Assembly: GCA_919902665.1 (NCBI GenBank)
Contig: CAKKRK010000001.1
Location: 11,277-75,276, forward strand
Length of the DNA stretch: 64,000 nt
Direction: 5' to 3'
Source of the DNA: Nitrospiraceae bacterium
GTDB lineage: Bacteria > Nitrospirota > Nitrospiria > Nitrospirales > Nitrospiraceae
In this document: positions 61,612 to 64,000 of the stretch, piece by piece
Numbering within the stretch: position 1 is the first letter of the stretch
How the letters are laid out: each line of letters starts with the position of its first letter
Translations under genes and position numbers: made by a program
The notes under the pieces: generated by a model
What the model was told of the DNA's origin: nothing
The model's database searches: none
What the model saw: only the letters and a program-made list of their open reading frames with translations

Positions 61612-62910
61612 ATGACCTCAAAGCTTGAGGCGTTTTCGTTTAGACGGGACGAAACATTCACCACCGCCATACCGAGCATCTTCTCCATGGACCAATTCGT
61701 ACACAGTCGACAGCTCTTTCTCACGGTGTTTCTCCTCGGACTTATTCATGCCGGATGCGCCACAGCAAGTCCTCCGGATGGAGAGAAGGCCCAGATACCA
61801 CCCTCTGAGCCTATCCCATTGGAATCTCAGCTCGATGCCTCGATAACGGCGCAGGCTCAGACCAATCAGCCCCAGACTGATGAAGCAACGCCCAAGCCAT
61901 CGGAGGTCGACGAGGTTGCACCGACTCCCCCTCAGAGTGAGGTCCCCGCTGCTGTCGAGCCCCAGAGCAGCGAGACTCCATCGGCTGAGTCCACCGATAG
62001 TTCTCCAGCCGCTCCAGCACAAGTGGAAAGTCATCCCACTGCTCAGCAGGAGACCGTTGAAGCTGCTCCCATCCGCACCGATGTGAACCCCTCTATCAGG
62101 CTGACGGGACGGGTCTGGCGGGCCAAGCCAGGGATCGTCTTCCTGAAGACACCGATCGGGCTCATGTCGCTCAGTTCAAAGACCACGCTCAAAACCCTCC
62201 CTGCCTCGCAAGAGGTATCCTTTGTGATTCATGAGGACCATGTCGTTGTGGATCTCGTGAGGCGAGCCGATGGGACGCTCGCCCACCGCTACCTGACCGG
62301 ACCGTTTAAGCGAGACAGCGGAGACGACACCAAGTTGGTGTGTTGGACACCGGAAAGCGGCGAGAAAGCCGTCCACATAGGCGCATACGAACGGGCGCTC
62401 GCGTCCCGCAAGGACGGGGAGTCCGTGACGGTTGAAGTTGACGGAACGGATACCGTCATCGGTGTGCACGACCTTCAGTTCGACCTTCAAATCAGCCAGA
62501 TCGCCACGCCTGGAAGTAAGGCACATCTGTTGCTCACCGGTTCGATCTCCAAAATGAAGTCTAACTTTATCTTCTTCAAGACACCCATCGGCATCGTCAA
62601 CGTCAACGCCAAGATTGGCATCAAGAATGCCAAGATCGGGCAGATCATGACCTTGCATATGCACAACGACTCCGTCGTAGCGGATCTTGCCGCGTCTCGC
62701 GATTCGGCTCTTATCCGCCGTTTCATCACAGGACCGTTGGATTTTGCCACTCCAGATCGAACCAACGTCAGGCTCTGGACTCCGGAGGGCGAACAGACCT
62801 ATCCAACGGATCTTGGTAAGTCCGCGCTGAACGGGGCAAGGGAAGGGGCCCCTATTACGGTGGAACTCGACGGGCAGGGCGACGTCATCGAATTTCACCG
62901 GATGAAGTAA
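61612..62910 (+). CDS. Hypothetical lipoprotein with low-complexity linker and two internal repeats
   Basis: HAGC lipobox, Pro/Glu/Ser-rich linker, duplicated ..TG....K....F.KTPIG..R..TGP..WTPE..TVE.DG unit. Start may be ATG 61687. Confidence 0.75.
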   Translation: MTSKLEAFSFRRDETFTTAIPSIFSMDQFVHSRQLFLTVFLLGLIHAGCATASPPDGEKAQIPPSEPIPLESQLDASITAQAQTNQPQTDEATPKPSEVDEVAPTPPQSEVPAAVEPQSSETPSAESTDSSPAAPAQVESHPTAQQETVEAAPIRTDVNPSIRLTGRVWRAKPGIVFLKTPIGLMSLSSKTTLKTLPASQEVSFVIHEDHVVVDLVRRADGTLAHRYLTGPFKRDSGDDTKLVCWTPESGEKAVHIGAYERALASRKDGESVTVEVDGTDTVIGVHDLQFDLQISQIATPGSKAHLLLTGSISKMKSNFIFFKTPIGIVNVNAKIGIKNAKIGQIMTLHMHNDSVVADLAASRDSALIRRFITGPLDFATPDRTNVRLWTPEGEQTYPTDLGKSALNGAREGAPITVELDGQGDVIEFHRMK

Positions 62911-62962
62911 TCACCTTCCAGCCTTCGTCTTGACTCTCTTTTCAGTCCCCCCGTAGACTGCG

Positions 62963-63598
62963 TTGCGTATGAGCGCCTCACCCACGATTCGCCGCTCGCC
63001 GGCCTCGTCCTCTAGGGATCCCCAATCCGCCAAGAATTTTGATAGGCTGTACAAGGATCACGTAGACCTCATCTATCGTTTCGCCCATCGGCTGTGCGGC
63101 GAACCGGAGGCGGCAAAGGATCTGGTACAAGAGACCTTTTTGAATGCCTATCGGGGCTTCGACAGATTTCGTGGTGACGCCCAGATTTCGACGTGGCTCT
63201 ATACCATCGCCTCGCGGGCGTGCCGGCGCATGCGGCGCAGACGGAAGGGCGCCCCGGAACGAGAGTTATCCCTGGAGGAATTCATTCCCACGTCCGACGG
63301 TGAGTTTCGCTTGCAGATTCCGATCGATGGCCTCAGTCCAGAGGAAGCGCTCCAGAACAAGGAATTGCGTCACGCGCTCGATGCCGCGATCGACCAATTG
63401 CCGAAGAAGTACAAAATGGTCTTGGTGCTTCGCGACATGGAAGGAGTCAGCGCCAAGGAGGTCGGAACCATCATGGGCTTGAACGAGCGCGCGGTGAAAT
63501 CACGTTTGCACCGGGCTCGACTATTTGTGCGCCGTCAACTCAGTGCGCGAGGCCTCGGTGAACCACTCATTGACCATAACCACGACTCACGTGGGTAG
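62963..63598 (+). CDS. ECF RNA polymerase sigma factor
   Basis: AKDLVQETFLNAY, FRGDAQISTWLY.IA, LPKKYKMVLVLRD, VKSRLHRAR. Confidence 0.93.
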   Translation: MRMSASPTIRRSPASSSRDPQSAKNFDRLYKDHVDLIYRFAHRLCGEPEAAKDLVQETFLNAYRGFDRFRGDAQISTWLYTIASRACRRMRRRRKGAPERELSLEEFIPTSDGEFRLQIPIDGLSPEEALQNKELRHALDAAIDQLPKKYKMVLVLRDMEGVSAKEVGTIMGLNERAVKSRLHRARLFVRRQLSARGLGEPLIDHNHDSRG

Positions 63599-63615
63599 CA
63601 GAGGGACTGCTCCAT

Positions 63616-63921
63616 ATGGCACAACGTAGCGCGTCCAAACGGAAACGGCAGGCTTCCACAACTGGGCAGCCACACACTCATGGGAAAAGCCGATGTCTGC
63701 GCATCCTGCGCCAGTTGTCCGCCTATATCGATGACGAACTGTCCACGAATATTTGCCAAGAAATTCGTCAACATCTGGGTGCCTGTCCTAATTGTGAAAC
63801 CTTCGTGATGTCGTTGCGCCAAACCGTATCGCTCTGTCGCCACAGTCCGGCACCGACGCTATCGACAGCCGACCGAGCGTTGATGCGTGAGAAAATCCTG
63901 AAAACTGCCTCATCTCGATAA
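63616..63921 (+). CDS. Zinc-finger anti-sigma factor (ZAS/zf-HC2)
   Basis: LSAYIDDEL..IRQHLGACPNC (HxxxCxxC), directly after the ECF sigma. Confidence 0.88.
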   Translation: MAQRSASKRKRQASTTGQPHTHGKSRCLRILRQLSAYIDDELSTNICQEIRQHLGACPNCETFVMSLRQTVSLCRHSPAPTLSTADRALMREKILKTASSR

Positions 63922-63948
63922 CCCACAACAGCGTGACTCTTTTTCATC

Positions 63949-64000
63949 ATGACTAAAAACCTATTACTTGGAATATTACTCCTGTTAGGACTGCTGATAG
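63949..64000 (+). CDS. Start of a probable exported protein (partial)
   Basis: MTKNLLLGILLLLGLLI.. signal-peptide-like, cut by the window end. Confidence 0.45.
   Translation, partial: MTKNLLLGILLLLGLLI

Noticed and set aside
995-64000. Many long antisense or alternate-frame ORFs (e.g. 1118..1906, 2198..2977, 18359..19660, 40895..41641, 57558..58385)
   Set aside because: They shadow well-supported genes in GC-rich DNA and carry no recognisable motifs.
1-64000. CRISPR array, prophage, integrase/transposase, rRNA or known riboswitch
   Set aside because: No repeat-spacer periodicity, phage or recombinase genes, or recognisable riboswitch consensus was seen by eye. An Rfam scan was not possible.

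Overview
A 64 kb bacterial chromosomal segment. Gene content and order, plus a characteristic palindromic repeat, point to the genus Nitrospira (inference, not a database result). Most of it is housekeeping: rfaE2-mfd-two PPIases, engB, mtgA, murJ-ogt-dtd-hyp-iaaA-VOC, LemA/TPM, sdhCAB, lpxC, suhB, ppk2, mscS, ccp, oxyR-xth, tRNA-His, pyrF, rpsT, leuS-lptE-holA, der, and an ECF sigma/anti-sigma pair. There is no CRISPR array, rRNA, transposase, integrase or prophage. The less ordinary features are: (1) a five-gene signalling cascade with four paralogous insert-bearing receiver domains ending in a diguanylate cyclase, where one kinase is frameshifted by an extra GGGAT repeat unit; (2) a 13-codon lysine-rich small ORF (MATKKAAAKKKKK) with a strong ribosome-binding site behind a coiled-coil/winged-helix gene; (3) a TIGR03975-like B12 radical SAM enzyme with no visible precursor peptide, next to a pterin dehydratase and a ParB-like gene broken by an in-frame TAG; (4) a decayed dps remnant divergent from oxyR; (5) a ~1.1 kb tandem duplication of a Cys-containing secreted protein with an unusually conserved upstream region, in an accessory stretch next to tRNA-His; (6) a MITE-like element. 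Start codons were often adjusted by eye from the ORF track, and all product calls rest on motif recognition only.
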